From a virus, in the IMG/VR virus record IMGVR_UViG_3300011432_000001, positions 1 through 64,000 of that record: a DNA stretch of 64,000 nucleotides; one strand, given 5' to 3'. The stretch's first letter is position 1; every line of letters begins with the position of its first letter. The notes under the pieces are model-generated. The model was given only the letters and a program-made list of their open reading frames with translations. It did not search any database and was not told where the DNA came from. Positions 36,796 to 47,353 of the stretch are shown piece by piece. Both the position numbers and the translations under genes were made by a program.

Positions 36796-37004
36796 ACAAG
36801 TAATTCTGCAACGTGTCGTCGAACGTCTGGATGTAAGAATTAACAGATTAGTAGCAGTACGCAATAGAATTCAAGATTTGGCTGAGTCTTACGATCCAAG
36901 ATCATCTAAGACAGACGATCATGAAACGGACCCTACCTGAGCCATCGGCCGGTAGATCAAAAGGCCTCAGTGTTGATACAAAACGATAAGTATAGGACTA
37001 AATT

Positions 37005-37457
37005 ATGAAACTTCATCAAGATCTGCGCTTGATGAGTATTGATCCTGGAGAAAACAGCGGCTTTGCTGCTCATATGGTTGGCGATCCGATCAAAGGCATG
37101 CTGTCATGGCATGGTTTCTATTCGCACGATCAATTTTTTAACCAACTCGCTATGATGAATCCGGATGTCATCATTTGCGAGTCATTCGATCACCGAGCTA
37201 AAGACAATATCAACTATACTCCTATAGAATACATAGGATTGGTAATTCTGTATGTTGAACGTCGGTATGTTGAACGACGTCCAGTAGAATTAGTTTTTCA
37301 GACACCATCTTTTGGTAAATCTTTTGGCATAGATAGACTGAAAAAGTTAGGACTGTACATAGCTGGTGCCGACAACACAGACCAAATGATGGCCTTACGA
37401 CATATGCTTCAATTCTTGATTAGTCAAGAAGCGTTCGATTTTGGACTATTGAAGTGA
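37005..37457 (+). CDS. RuvC-like Holliday junction resolvase
   Basis: LRLMSIDPGENSGFA N-terminal catalytic motif and VIICE. Confidence 0.5.
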   Translation: MKLHQDLRLMSIDPGENSGFAAHMVGDPIKGMLSWHGFYSHDQFFNQLAMMNPDVIICESFDHRAKDNINYTPIEYIGLVILYVERRYVERRPVELVFQTPSFGKSFGIDRLKKLGLYIAGADNTDQMMALRHMLQFLISQEAFDFGLLK

Positions 37458-37547
37458 ATACTGAAGACAAATTACTCCTTGTACTACTCCTAGTAGTGGG
37501 AGCTGTAATTATTTACGGTATCTGGGTGTTTGTTTATTTATTCTAAG

Positions 37548-37576
37548 AAGCCCGGTCATTGACCGGGCTTTTTTAG
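37548..37576. terminator. bidirectional Rho-independent terminator at the convergence of early (+) and late (-) transcription
   Basis: GCCCGGTC-ATT-GACCGGGC followed by TTTTTT on the plus strand, with a T/A-rich tract on the minus side. Confidence 0.7.
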
Positions 37577-37578
37577 AA

Positions 37579-38160
37579 TCATGGCCTTAAGCCAGATTTA
37601 GGTTTTCCGCCTGATGGTGGCGGAGGAAGCGGAGACTCAGATTGTACTGGAGGAACGACCGCTGTACTTGACAATCGCTGACCTACAATCTGTGGCCGGA
37701 CGTCTTCGATGCCTTCGGTAACCTCCGCAGCAACTTGGCCAGTCCTTACTAAGCCTTCTGTAGTCACCTTGTCTCCCATAACACCAGTTTTATCCTCATC
37801 TCCGACTGGAGATACCTGAGACCTGGATACCAAGGCGAATAGTACTAGGACAAAGGATTGTGTCGAGGTGACCATTCCCTGACTAAGATCTAGTCCATAG
37901 GCTCCGAGCAAGCCTGCAACTGCGGAGAGAGCATAAGTGTAGACGTTTGGCGCTATAGGTCTTGTGCTCATAGCTACAAGAATTGCGCCGATAGCATTGA
38001 TAACCGTACAAATCCACGCTGCTTGTACAGACGACAAATAATCTAGGTTGAAGCCTACCAAAAAATTAACAAAGGCAGTTGTTACTGCGATCCATAGGGT
38101 CGGCTCTCGTCCCAGAATTTTACCTTTTCCAAATATTTTTATCATCTTTAATCTCTCCAT
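37579..38160 (-). CDS. holin-like membrane protein (about 4 TM) with a Pro-rich C-terminal tail
   Basis: Four hydrophobic helices; last gene of the late operon, next to the terminator. Confidence 0.45.
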   Translation of the reverse strand: MERLKMIKIFGKGKILGREPTLWIAVTTAFVNFLVGFNLDYLSSVQAAWICTVINAIGAILVAMSTRPIAPNVYTYALSAVAGLLGAYGLDLSQGMVTSTQSFVLVLFALVSRSQVSPVGDEDKTGVMGDKVTTEGLVRTGQVAAEVTEGIEDVRPQIVGQRLSSTAVVPPVQSESPLPPPPSGGKPKSGLRP

Positions 38161-38437
38161 TCTTTTGGATTTTATACAGCAACCATACTAATTTCCAAGC
38201 GCCATAATTAATCAGTAACAGAAAAATATAATTAACTATAATTCTACCATAATAATCGCCAAGAATCGGACCAAGTAATATATAAATAAACAAACCAAAC
38301 ATCGTAACCATGAAATACAAAATGTATTTTCCAACAATGTTAGATTTCCAATTTGATCCGCTTATAAATGTGACAATAAAAGTCAATAGACCAAGGCAGA
38401 ACGTACCCAATAGTACATATTGAACGGCCCTAGTCAT
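38120..38437 (-). CDS. small three-TM membrane protein (holin/antiholin-like)
   Basis: Hydrophobic helices; position in the lysis cassette. Confidence 0.45.
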   Translation of the reverse strand: MTRAVQYVLLGTFCLGLLTFIVTFISGSNWKSNIVGKYILYFMVTMFGLFIYILLGPILGDYYGRIIVNYIFLLLINYGAWKLVWLLYKIQKNGEIKDDKNIWKR

Positions 38438-38651
38438 TGTGTCTCCGCATAGCTCGTAGCAAGGCCTCAGAAAATTGTTCTCCTCTGCTACTCAGCTCCC
38501 TTGATTTTTTAGCAATTTTATCCACATTTAACTGAGCCTTTCTTGCCTCATTTAACTTACGTTCAGACTCTTTTAGAGCATCCAAGGAACGTTCTACACC
38601 ATCCGTCCGCTCTTCAGGAACTTGTACCTTATTACGTCGAAACCAATTCAT
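38430..38651 (-). CDS. small basic coiled-coil protein
   Basis: ORF in the lysis cassette. Confidence 0.4.
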   Translation of the reverse strand: MNWFRRNKVQVPEERTDGVERSLDALKESERKLNEARKAQLNVDKIAKKSRELSSRGEQFSEALLRAMRRHND

Positions 38652-38971
38652 AATATCGTCTCCTTGTGTACTGGAGTACGAGTTGCAACCAGTGTTTGTA
38701 TCAGCGCATTATTCGTTGCCACTGATGTAGCTAGTTGTTCCTGCCCTTTCGCAAGAATGTCCGCCCTAGTGTCCGTGTTTTGATAAGCAGATTGCCATGT
38801 AGCAATTTGCTTATCTTTATCGTCCACTAATCTTTCATAATACTTGATTATTACATCAACTTGATTTGATGGCCACAACCATCCTTTTATCCAACTGATG
38901 ATAATCAAGACAATGATAGCAAGCCAGCCAGCTACATTTACATAAGGACCAATAATTGGGAGCTCGCCCAT
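38648..38971 (-). CDS. N-terminally anchored membrane protein with a coiled-coil ectodomain (holin or spanin-like)
   Basis: TM helix WLAIIVLIIISWIKGWLW. Confidence 0.4.
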   Translation of the reverse strand: MGELPIIGPYVNVAGWLAIIVLIIISWIKGWLWPSNQVDVIIKYYERLVDDKDKQIATWQSAYQNTDTRADILAKGQEQLATSVATNNALIQTLVATRTPVHKETIL

Positions 38972-38982
38972 GATGTTTATCC

Positions 38983-39765
38983 CTAAGCAGTAGGGCCAAT
39001 GTTTAGTACACCACTGGTGACATTCAATACAGATGGAGGGTCCACGGCTGACATATTGTCCAACTTTGAATTAACCTCATCGAGAGAAAGTTTCAAATCT
39101 TCAACCTTATTGATGAGTTCCTTGAAGGCAACAATGAACTGGTTAGGTATCTCCAGTTCGTGATCTACTGTATTGGAAATATGATCGGCTTTATCGGTCA
39201 TCCCAACAATAGACTGAAGATAATGTTCCGAGTTGTTAATCTGTGCTACCTGAAGCGGTTCCACTGTTCCTCCAAAAAATCGTTCGATTAGTGGTGCTAG
39301 GAGTCTGTTTTCTGCATCACGAAATCTACTCAAATGCGAATGCGACAAGTGTGATGAGTCTCCACTCGTACGCTTCTTAAGTCTGTCCCAACGCTTGACG
39401 ACTTTACCATCAGGAGTGTATATGAACGATCGAACATCAAGTGAGTCTGCCGCTCCAGCATTAAGCTCCTTGACCATCCAAAGATTGAAATCAATAAGTG
39501 TGACACGCTTGCCACCAATTACTTTGTCGAACCAACCGAAATCGATGGCGGACGCAGCATCAGTCTTATGACTAAAATCACGAGCTGATTCTTCCCAAGA
39601 GTAATCATCCAACTGTCCGTTGACTATTCGCCTTAGATCCCAACCACAGTGATATCCACCTTTGTGATTCTCGTCACCAACAATGCCAACAGCATTGTTT
39701 GGAAGACTCGTATATTCTTGATACACATGTCGTGTGTCCAAGAGTGTTTGCGGTGCGTAACTCAT
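38983..39765 (-). CDS. putative endolysin, LAS-type Zn metallopeptidase
   Basis: HxxxD (HCGWD) and HxH (SHSH) motifs about 110 aa apart; lies immediately upstream of the holin-like genes. Confidence 0.45.
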   Translation of the reverse strand: MSYAPQTLLDTRHVYQEYTSLPNNAVGIVGDENHKGGYHCGWDLRRIVNGQLDDYSWEESARDFSHKTDAASAIDFGWFDKVIGGKRVTLIDFNLWMVKELNAGAADSLDVRSFIYTPDGKVVKRWDRLKKRTSGDSSHLSHSHLSRFRDAENRLLAPLIERFFGGTVEPLQVAQINNSEHYLQSIVGMTDKADHISNTVDHELEIPNQFIVAFKELINKVEDLKLSLDEVNSKLDNMSAVDPPSVLNVTSGVLNIGPTA

Positions 39766-39766
39766 A

Positions 39767-40408
39767 CTAATTCACCCGCCTTCCTCTAACTAACTCAATT
39801 GTTTTAATACTAACTTTTTGGATTACGGCAGTAGGTTCCGTACGTTGAACACGGCTACTAGATCCTTCTTCTTGTCTCTTCAATTTCAAGATTCTCTCTT
39901 GCGGAGTCAATCGTCTAGGCGACGCAGGTACTTGTCCCATTCTGGAACTTCTTAACTCTCCTACGTGAACCTTTTTCAATGCTACTACTTGATCGTCTAC
40001 TGGACATTCTCTACGAATGACATCCAATGGATCTTCCACCGCAGCATTAGTATATTTGTTATCAACTGGACTTTCCAATAGCAAATCCATAATCTGTTGC
40101 CTTGTGTAAGGGATTGGTCTACTGAAATCCCGTCTAAAATTAAATATCTTAGTCCTGTGTGTTAATCTAGCTACCGATGCCGTCACTTCCATTGGTGATA
40201 TATTTTCTACATACGGTTCGAATAGTATGAAGTCAATTGCCTCATCCGCACTCGTGTCATATACAGCCGCTATCCACTCCACAGTTTCTGGATGAAAGAT
40301 TTGCCCAGCGAACTCCACACTGTCATCATCATTAACAATCTCTTTAGCAACCTCAATGAATCCAGTTTCCTCATTATAAAGCGCAGCCAATACCGTCATG
40401 GATTTCAT
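39767..40408 (-). CDS. hypothetical virion-associated protein
   Basis: ORF coupled to its neighbours. Confidence 0.4.
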   Translation of the reverse strand: MKSMTVLAALYNEETGFIEVAKEIVNDDDSVEFAGQIFHPETVEWIAAVYDTSADEAIDFILFEPYVENISPMEVTASVARLTHRTKIFNFRRDFSRPIPYTRQQIMDLLLESPVDNKYTNAAVEDPLDVIRRECPVDDQVVALKKVHVGELRSSRMGQVPASPRRLTPQERILKLKRQEEGSSSRVQRTEPTAVIQKVSIKTIELVRGRRVN

Positions 40409-41160
40409 ATGTCACACCTAAAGTTCCAGAACGTGACGAATTTATTGTTAGCTGTCACGCCAAACCTGATGACAAAGCTTGATGTAGAGTAACTATCTAT
40501 TCCCCAAGTCAAGGTGCCTCCGTTAACACCAATAGTAAATAGAGGAACCATATTCGTAGCAAAAGGTGTAGAATAAGTGTATGTCCAAGTACTGAAGCCC
40601 GAGGACGCAACAAAGTCTCCCATGTGCAAAGCTGCGTGACTGTCATACTGTAGCTGGTTAGGCCACGCGCCACGGATAGCAATTACTTCCTCGCTAATGC
40701 CCGCTAGCGAGTTCAACCAAATAAACGATTCCTGTCCACCATCAGGCTGATGGCTGAGAATGACACCGTCACGCATCAATAGTAATTTGCCACCATCAAT
40801 CGTGTTATCCAACAATTCAATGTCCAACTGAATGGCCTGATTTGGATTGTTTGCATCGTTGTTGAAGTCCTGACCAAACAGCGTGGCCTTGTGTGTATCA
40901 TTATCACCAAGAGGAAAGAATTGAATCTCAGGAATTGCTCCATGCTTAAGTCGCATAACAATTGTATCATCAGTTTCACTTACGACAATATCACCATTAC
41001 GTACAGTCAGATCACCATCCTCAATAGCTGTGTGTCCAATTTGAAGAGACTTCTCCTTAGTGGTAATCCGCTCGCCCAAATCTAAGACGTGAGTGATGAT
41101 ATCCTTTTGTCCCTGAAGTCTGTTAGGATTAGTGTCATATCTGCTCTGTCCAACACCCAT
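40405..41160 (-). CDS. putative tail fibre / baseplate protein
   Basis: Position distal to the tape measure protein. Confidence 0.4.
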   Translation of the reverse strand: MGVGQSRYDTNPNRLQGQKDIITHVLDLGERITTKEKSLQIGHTAIEDGDLTVRNGDIVVSETDDTIVMRLKHGAIPEIQFFPLGDNDTHKATLFGQDFNNDANNPNQAIQLDIELLDNTIDGGKLLLMRDGVILSHQPDGGQESFIWLNSLAGISEEVIAIRGAWPNQLQYDSHAALHMGDFVASSGFSTWTYTYSTPFATNMVPLFTIGVNGGTLTWGIDSYSTSSFVIRFGVTANNKFVTFWNFRCDI

Positions 41161-42236
41161 TATTGTTCTCCTTCGAAAACAATTCTTGCCATTTCAGTAT
41201 GCGTATCTTGAGGAGGGTAGTATTCCCACCCTAAAATTCTAGTATTAAATATTTGATCTACTGGATCTGGGTGGCGAGGATCGCCAGTAAAGTTGACTCT
41301 TGCAGCATCCCCTAGACCATAGCTACCAAATTGCGGTAACTGGTCAGCTTTCAATTCCACAGTTAAGGTCGGAATGCCTGGTTTCTTGACGATTGCCCTT
41401 TGTGTGGTTAGTCCGGCCAAAATGGTTGGATCTGAAATGGACTTTAAGCTGACGTACTGATCGTAGCGTGGGAAGCCCGAACTTATAAGATCCGAATGGA
41501 TGACTTCTTGGGTAAGCATTGTCGATCCTTCACCAGCACCTACTCCGTAGAAATGCGTACCTCTATCAGCCATCGATCCATTGTGCCAATAGTTGACGAT
41601 CTGTCCAGGATAATCAAAGTCTACAGGGTTGCTTGCGCCTAGCGTTGGATATCCGATTCTTAAGCTTTTGGAATATACATTTTCTACTCTGGCGATATCT
41701 ACTGTCCAGTCAAACCCATCGTCAGCATTTGCTAACTGATCCATCAGCTCACGATAATATACAAACTCGAATCCTTTAGCGGAGAGATTTTTGGTTACTG
41801 TAACTGCTGTAGTAGGCAGTGTAAATTGGATGCTGTTAGGATCATCACTCATCATTATTGACCATAGATCGATGAATATGGTCAATTGTTCCGCATTAAC
41901 ATAATCGATGGCATCTCGCCTCATGAATCTATATTCAGGATAGTGCTCCCAAGCCAACGCGAAAAGCTGATAGCTTTTTGCTTGACCTTGGTAAGTTCTT
42001 GTTTTAACGAAGCCGCCCCATATAGCTTCATTTTCGCGCTCGCAAACTAGGTAGCATCTTCCTTCTTGAGTGGCATTAATTAAATCCCGATTAGACATTC
42101 CTGTTTGGTCTAGCTGGAATGAACCACGAAATTCACCCATACCAAACCCACGTGTCATCGACACACCGTACAAAGGAATTTCAGCAATAACTTGTCCAGT
42201 GAGGACATCGCCAAACACATAGGAAAAGTTACTCAA
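41160..42236 (-). CDS. putative tail-associated protein
   Basis: Position. Confidence 0.45.
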   Translation of the reverse strand: MSNFSYVFGDVLTGQVIAEIPLYGVSMTRGFGMGEFRGSFQLDQTGMSNRDLINATQEGRCYLVCERENEAIWGGFVKTRTYQGQAKSYQLFALAWEHYPEYRFMRRDAIDYVNAEQLTIFIDLWSIMMSDDPNSIQFTLPTTAVTVTKNLSAKGFEFVYYRELMDQLANADDGFDWTVDIARVENVYSKSLRIGYPTLGASNPVDFDYPGQIVNYWHNGSMADRGTHFYGVGAGEGSTMLTQEVIHSDLISSGFPRYDQYVSLKSISDPTILAGLTTQRAIVKKPGIPTLTVELKADQLPQFGSYGLGDAARVNFTGDPRHPDPVDQIFNTRILGWEYYPPQDTHTEMARIVFEGEQ

Positions 42237-42244
42237 TGTAATCC

Positions 42245-43312
42245 TTACGCTAGTTCTATGGTTCCCGACACAGAAAGAGAGTCATTAGTCGTCCAAGTCC
42301 AAGGTGACGATGCAGTGATGGTGGCGTGGGAACCGGAGGAGTTGACGTCGAATATTTCGACGGTCGAACCCGACACGACCATGGCCACGCCTTGCCTGTT
42401 TTGGGTCCCGCTATCTAGAAGTGTGGCCTGGCCTATCACGTCATTAGATGCTGTATATTGCGCATGAGGCGTAAATGGCAAGGTAAAGCGTGGAGCAGTC
42501 CCAACTGCGGATCCGGAACCGTATATGAACCTAAACTTGTAATCCAACGTCTTATGGACTTGACGGAACCGCGCTGTCAATGAGCCAGATCCTAATGTCA
42601 GGTTGGTAAGGGTCGGCACCCAAGTGGTCCAGTTATTTGGCCAAATTTGATTGTATGCAGACCCATTCCAAACGTACAAAATGGCAGTGTCTATTACCCA
42701 CAGCAACTGCCCTACGGAAACTTCCACACCACCAATTGGCGCTGCCGCATCGTTCCGACAACTAATTACGCCACCAGTTGCAGCAAGATAATATCTGGTA
42801 TCTGTAATATTCGCGTTAACGATCGACGAAACAGAAGCACCAACAGCAACTTGTGCAATGGTAATTGAATTTACGGGGGCAGTAGGTGCAACACCTGGGG
42901 ATCCTGGGGTTCCTGTAATTATCTGAAGTTGTGAATCGTTATTGGCACCACTGTATACAGAGTCTCTAACGTTGATGACAACCAGATCAATACGAGTCAA
43001 GGAAGCATGTGCGGCAGCTATAGCAAGGGTGACCTGTGCATCATTGACAACCCAGTAATTAGCTTGAGCGCCACTCTCAGTTCCAGGAATTGAAGCAACT
43101 CCTGATGAAACCAGAACTGTCATGTTTGGCGAACCTGCTTGTTGAACAGTGAATTCCTCACCTCGCGTCGGGTGGACACCCCCACGGGCACGTAGCGATG
43201 ACGCAGAACTGAAGTTACCAGCCTGAAGTCCAGCAAGATACTGACGCATTTGAACAGCTGTATGAGTATCACCAGCATTCTGTAACCAACCAGGCGGATT
43301 TGTTACCGACAT
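42245..43312 (-). CDS. putative tail fibre / receptor-binding protein (Gly/Ser/Thr/Ala-rich beta protein)
   Basis: Composition and position. Confidence 0.45.
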   Translation of the reverse strand: MSVTNPPGWLQNAGDTHTAVQMRQYLAGLQAGNFSSASSLRARGGVHPTRGEEFTVQQAGSPNMTVLVSSGVASIPGTESGAQANYWVVNDAQVTLAIAAAHASLTRIDLVVINVRDSVYSGANNDSQLQIITGTPGSPGVAPTAPVNSITIAQVAVGASVSSIVNANITDTRYYLAATGGVISCRNDAAAPIGGVEVSVGQLLWVIDTAILYVWNGSAYNQIWPNNWTTWVPTLTNLTLGSGSLTARFRQVHKTLDYKFRFIYGSGSAVGTAPRFTLPFTPHAQYTASNDVIGQATLLDSGTQNRQGVAMVVSGSTVEIFDVNSSGSHATITASSPWTWTTNDSLSVSGTIELA

Positions 43313-43324
43313 TTAAATCCCTCC

Positions 43325-44185
43325 TTATCGCCACGCGGACCGAAATTGGACATTCATTACACTATTTGCTCCAGATACTGCATTATACCTAAGAAATGTT
43401 TCACCTTGCTGCAAATAAAACCAGTCTGGAGTTATCAATGAGCTACGACGATTGGTATTACCATTCAGTTTCACTGTCTTGTATTGTGTATCTACAGTCA
43501 AAGTTTCACCGGTACCCAAAACAATCGCAAACGTCAGAGAGTGGCCATAAGTATCGTCTCTGATTGTTGGTGTATCCGATGGTCCAGTGATAGTGAAGAG
43601 TGCCGGGGTCGGACGATTTCCCAAGTTGTTAACGAGAATACCATCGCTGCTCGAAGATGCACCGAAACCAAAATCGAATCCTAAATTAAAACCAAAACCG
43701 GAACTACCACCAGTAGCGAATGGGACATCTGTATTTGTGATTACCGAAGCATAGAGTCTTGGGTCTTCAGCAAACATTTTGAACTGCGCCTTTGCCTGAC
43801 CAGTACGACGGAGCTGCTCCCAATCGTACTTAACACCAAGCGGCTTAACGTATATTACCCGTTCGTCAATGCCAGGTGCTTTGTAGTAAAATGGCACTAG
43901 CGTAGAACTGGGAGCATAATTAGCTTTCAAAGAATCTAGGTAAGTTTCCATAGTATCTGAGTCAGCAATGATGTCGCCGTTTATAAGGATGTCACGTCCA
44001 CGCTCGAACTCTGCATCCATGAATCCGCCATCGGCGTTTTCACGTTCGCGACGTGTTTCCCTATATGGTGTGCTGTCTAGACCCAACACAGATTGGACGT
44101 CAACGAATGGCAATCCTGAAGAATCAGTGTTGAGAATAATTCCTGTATCACCCAACTGAAAAGTTAGGTCTTCAGTAAGAGGCAT
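43325..44185 (-). CDS. putative distal tail protein (Dit-like)
   Basis: First gene after the tape measure protein. Confidence 0.45.
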   Translation of the reverse strand: MPLTEDLTFQLGDTGIILNTDSSGLPFVDVQSVLGLDSTPYRETRRERENADGGFMDAEFERGRDILINGDIIADSDTMETYLDSLKANYAPSSTLVPFYYKAPGIDERVIYVKPLGVKYDWEQLRRTGQAKAQFKMFAEDPRLYASVITNTDVPFATGGSSGFGFNLGFDFGFGASSSSDGILVNNLGNRPTPALFTITGPSDTPTIRDDTYGHSLTFAIVLGTGETLTVDTQYKTVKLNGNTNRRSSLITPDWFYLQQGETFLRYNAVSGANSVMNVQFRSAWR

Positions 44186-44218
44186 TATAACCTCTCATTC
44201 TCAGCAGCTTTATACTCC

Positions 44219-46678
44219 TCATAGTCTTCCGTCCAACTCCCACCCTAACTCCGCCGCATGGATCCTAGGGTCGATTTCTTGAGTATTAACAGTGATATAT
44301 TGGTTGGTAACTCTTTGTTCTGTAACTGGTCGGACGAATCCTTGCGGAACTGCAAGAGCAGGAGCCGGAAGCATCCCCATCTGAGAAGTAATGCCCTGTA
44401 GCTGACTCTTCAACGCTGGGATCTGACTGGAAATACCCTTCATGAATCCCTTCATGATGTTCACACCAGCAGGCAGAAGAAGTCTAAGGTCAACAGACTT
44501 CGGTCCCTTGATGTTTGGGATCATATCGGTAATTTCTTTGAGTCTAGTTTTCAAGTTACTAACCATACTCTTAATGCCGTCCATAAAACCGCTAATAAGA
44601 TTTGATCCGGCATTGAAAAGCCAAGCCTTAGAATCACTAAAAATTGACTTGACATTACTGATAAGGTCGTCCACGAACTTCCTCATTGTGGTACCCATAC
44701 TTGTTGCTTTTCTACCAACTTCTTGGAAAAAATCTCCAATAGCTGATCCCAGAGATTTAATCCAATTCCACAACAGTGCTAGATTAGCAATCAATAGAAC
44801 TACAGCATAGACCACCGTCATAATCATAAGCGCGAAGCCTAAGATTCCAGAAGCTAAAATAAGGGCAGTGATAATTAAAAGCCACTTAGCAACTTGTGCA
44901 AAGACTACCAGGAACGGACGTATTGATTCTTCATTCCTATACCACCAATCACTTAATTTTGCAAGTGCCGGAACTATATTTAGTTCAATAATTTCTCCTA
45001 TTCGACTAAGTGCCCCGTCAACAATATCGAGTATTATTCTTCTTGCTTCCTCCATCTTTGGCATTACTTCCTCAACCCAAATTCGAGCAAATCTTTGGAT
45101 TGCTGGAATAACTCTTGTTTCTATAAAAAGCGTGAGTTTCTCAATGCTGGGTCGCAAATGCTCATTGTACGATGTTGCCACGTCTTTGGCTGTTTGTAAA
45201 ACTTTCTTCCAAGCCACACTTAACGCTTCTCCAAGTTCTTCTACTGCATCTCGGAAAATTTTACTTCGTTGCCACGCTGAATAGAAAGCAGCAGTGAGAC
45301 CTGCTACAGCTACGGTCACAAAGCCGATTGTAGACATAATGATTGCCAACGCGACGCCACCAGCTATAATGCTGGATACAAAGAATGCCATTGTGCCAAC
45401 AAGTATCACCAGGACACCAACAACAATTGCAATTATCGATCCCCATAGAATGAATTGAGCGATAGTTGTCTTTGTGGCTTCTGGCAACTTATCAAACCAA
45501 TCTAGGACCACTCCCACAATTGTAATAAGCTTCAACAACTCTGGGAGCACAGCTCGACCAAGAGCTTCTTTAATAATCATCCATTTGTTAGCTATCAACT
45601 GAGACTTGGCCGCAACGCTTCCGGCCATTGTTTCATACGCGCCTTCGAAGACTCCAGTTGCATTCTGCATGAACCCGACCATTTCTTCAAACTGGCCAAA
45701 GTTTTTAAATGCAACGTCCCAGAAACGTCTAGCTTGAATCGTTCCGCCAGCACCCGTAAACAGTTCCTGTAAGAATTTGGCTCGTTCAGGTGAGGACATA
45801 AGTTTAATTTTGTCGTTCATCTTGTCCATAATTTGAACAAGAGGCAAGAACTCTCCCTTGGCATTACGTATAGCAATGCCCATATCTTCAAGTCTGGCTA
45901 CAGTCTTTGGATGTGATATGGATTCCAAGGCACGAGCGGCAGAAGTGGCCGCCATCGCGGCAGACAGACCATTACGAGTTAGGAAGGCCATCATTGCACC
46001 AACAGTCTCGAACGTCTGTCCGGACCGAGCAGCAGCGGGTAAAGCTCTACCTATAGTGTTAGCTAATTCCTCATAGGTAATAATACCCTTACGAACAATT
46101 TGGAATTGAACATCTTGAATTCTGGTCAAATCCTTAACAGAAAGACCCAAGGCATTGATGATAGAAATCGTAGTTCTAGCAGCAGCCTCAATGGTACTGT
46201 TACCAGCAACAGCCTCCTTGGCAAATCCTCTGAGTAAGGTTTCGGCCTCGGCAACGCTTACATTCATAGACGAGAAGATAAAGAATAAAGTCTCCTGCAT
46301 TTGTTCAAACGGTATTCCCACCTCGCGGGCGACTCTGCGCCCAACTTCTGCAACTTCTCCCAAGCTTGTGGAAATGCCGTCAATCTGAGTCATGGTGCGT
46401 CGGACTTGCTTATCATATTCAGCAGCAACATTGGTTGCTGATTTGATAAACGCAAGTCCAGCAACACCAAAACCAGTCATGACGCTACCAGCGAGCATGG
46501 AGGTCATAGCAAATTGCTGTAGTCTCATTGCAGTTGTTTGCATTGCACGATCGAAAGAGCTAACTCCAGCAGCAGCAGCGGCAGCAGAACCAGCGACGTT
46601 GTGTCCGAAGCTGCGCACGATGCGACTAGCTTCGTCACGTGCACGAATTACAACCCAAAGGTCACGAGTAATGGCCAC
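44219..46678 (-). CDS. tail tape measure protein
   Basis: 819 aa; Ala-rich helical N-terminus; central cluster of TM helices; C-terminal GFMDGIKS-type repeats; GTG start. Confidence 0.85.
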   Translation of the reverse strand: MAITRDLWVVIRARDEASRIVRSFGHNVAGSAAAAAAGVSSFDRAMQTTAMRLQQFAMTSMLAGSVMTGFGVAGLAFIKSATNVAAEYDKQVRRTMTQIDGISTSLGEVAEVGRRVAREVGIPFEQMQETLFFIFSSMNVSVAEAETLLRGFAKEAVAGNSTIEAAARTTISIINALGLSVKDLTRIQDVQFQIVRKGIITYEELANTIGRALPAAARSGQTFETVGAMMAFLTRNGLSAAMAATSAARALESISHPKTVARLEDMGIAIRNAKGEFLPLVQIMDKMNDKIKLMSSPERAKFLQELFTGAGGTIQARRFWDVAFKNFGQFEEMVGFMQNATGVFEGAYETMAGSVAAKSQLIANKWMIIKEALGRAVLPELLKLITIVGVVLDWFDKLPEATKTTIAQFILWGSIIAIVVGVLVILVGTMAFFVSSIIAGGVALAIIMSTIGFVTVAVAGLTAAFYSAWQRSKIFRDAVEELGEALSVAWKKVLQTAKDVATSYNEHLRPSIEKLTLFIETRVIPAIQRFARIWVEEVMPKMEEARRIILDIVDGALSRIGEIIELNIVPALAKLSDWWYRNEESIRPFLVVFAQVAKWLLIITALILASGILGFALMIMTVVYAVVLLIANLALLWNWIKSLGSAIGDFFQEVGRKATSMGTTMRKFVDDLISNVKSIFSDSKAWLFNAGSNLISGFMDGIKSMVSNLKTRLKEITDMIPNIKGPKSVDLRLLLPAGVNIMKGFMKGISSQIPALKSQLQGITSQMGMLPAPALAVPQGFVRPVTEQRVTNQYITVNTQEIDPRIHAAELGWELDGRL

Positions 46679-46679
46679 T

Positions 46680-46842
46680 ATTTGGCTCCAGCCCTTTTGC
46701 TTTCTATTTCTGCCGCTATTTGTCGGGCCTCTCGCACTATACCAAACAAATACATTAAGTACGAATCTTGATCAAAAAGCCCACCGGATAAAGGCAAGCA
46801 ATGCAGCTCTTGACAAGTATTAACAACGTCAAGGACCAGCAT
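46680..46842 (-). CDS. small ORF (55 aa) whose stop overlaps the tape measure start (TAGTG)
   Basis: Read from sequence; occupies the slot of the second tail chaperone. Confidence 0.3.
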
Positions 46843-46898
46843 CACTTCTACATCTACAGTTTTCTTATTACCATAAATTGCGGCTCTTAACCGCTCTA

Positions 46899-47330
46899 CT
46901 AGTTTTTTGTTTCTTCTGACTCCTCAAATGAGTTAAGGCGATCGATGTGCATTTGAATTTCGTCGCCAACTTGACCACTTATCATTTGTATGTCGGATGG
47001 AATTTTGAAGTTGAGCGGCATCTCTCTAGCATCAGGGTCGTCTTTCTTACAAGGTTGACCCTTACTGTTAACCAATTTAGTAAGGTTGTGTTCCAAAATA
47101 AGATTGGAGAATTCCCATAGTGAAGTCTTCTCCTGAAGAAGGTCCATCTGCATCTTGGTTTCTTGTGGTCCTTTTTTGGATGTATCCATACTCATGGCAA
47201 TAGACGCCATCATGTCCTTGCGCTTCAGAGATTCGCCGTAGTTCATCCGTCGGATTACTACAAATCCGTCTGGAGGACAAGATTTAAGTGGGATGTTTTC
47301 GCTTGCTTCCGTCACGGTTGCAATTGGCAT
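46899..47330 (-). CDS. tail assembly chaperone (gpG-like)
   Basis: 143 aa, acidic C-terminus FEESEETKN, directly upstream of the tape measure protein. Confidence 0.5.
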   Translation of the reverse strand: MPIATVTEASENIPLKSCPPDGFVVIRRMNYGESLKRKDMMASIAMSMDTSKKGPQETKMQMDLLQEKTSLWEFSNLILEHNLTKLVNSKGQPCKKDDPDAREMPLNFKIPSDIQMISGQVGDEIQMHIDRLNSFEESEETKN

Positions 47331-47353
47331 TTTCGTGGTCCTTCTAGCTAGAT

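Noticed and set aside
46679-46900. G/GT-type programmed frameshift between the chaperone and the tape measure protein
   Set aside because: The 55-aa ORF in the gap is in the same frame as the chaperone and separated from it by in-frame stops, so it is neither a -1 nor a +1 extension. I treat it as a separate small gene of low confidence.
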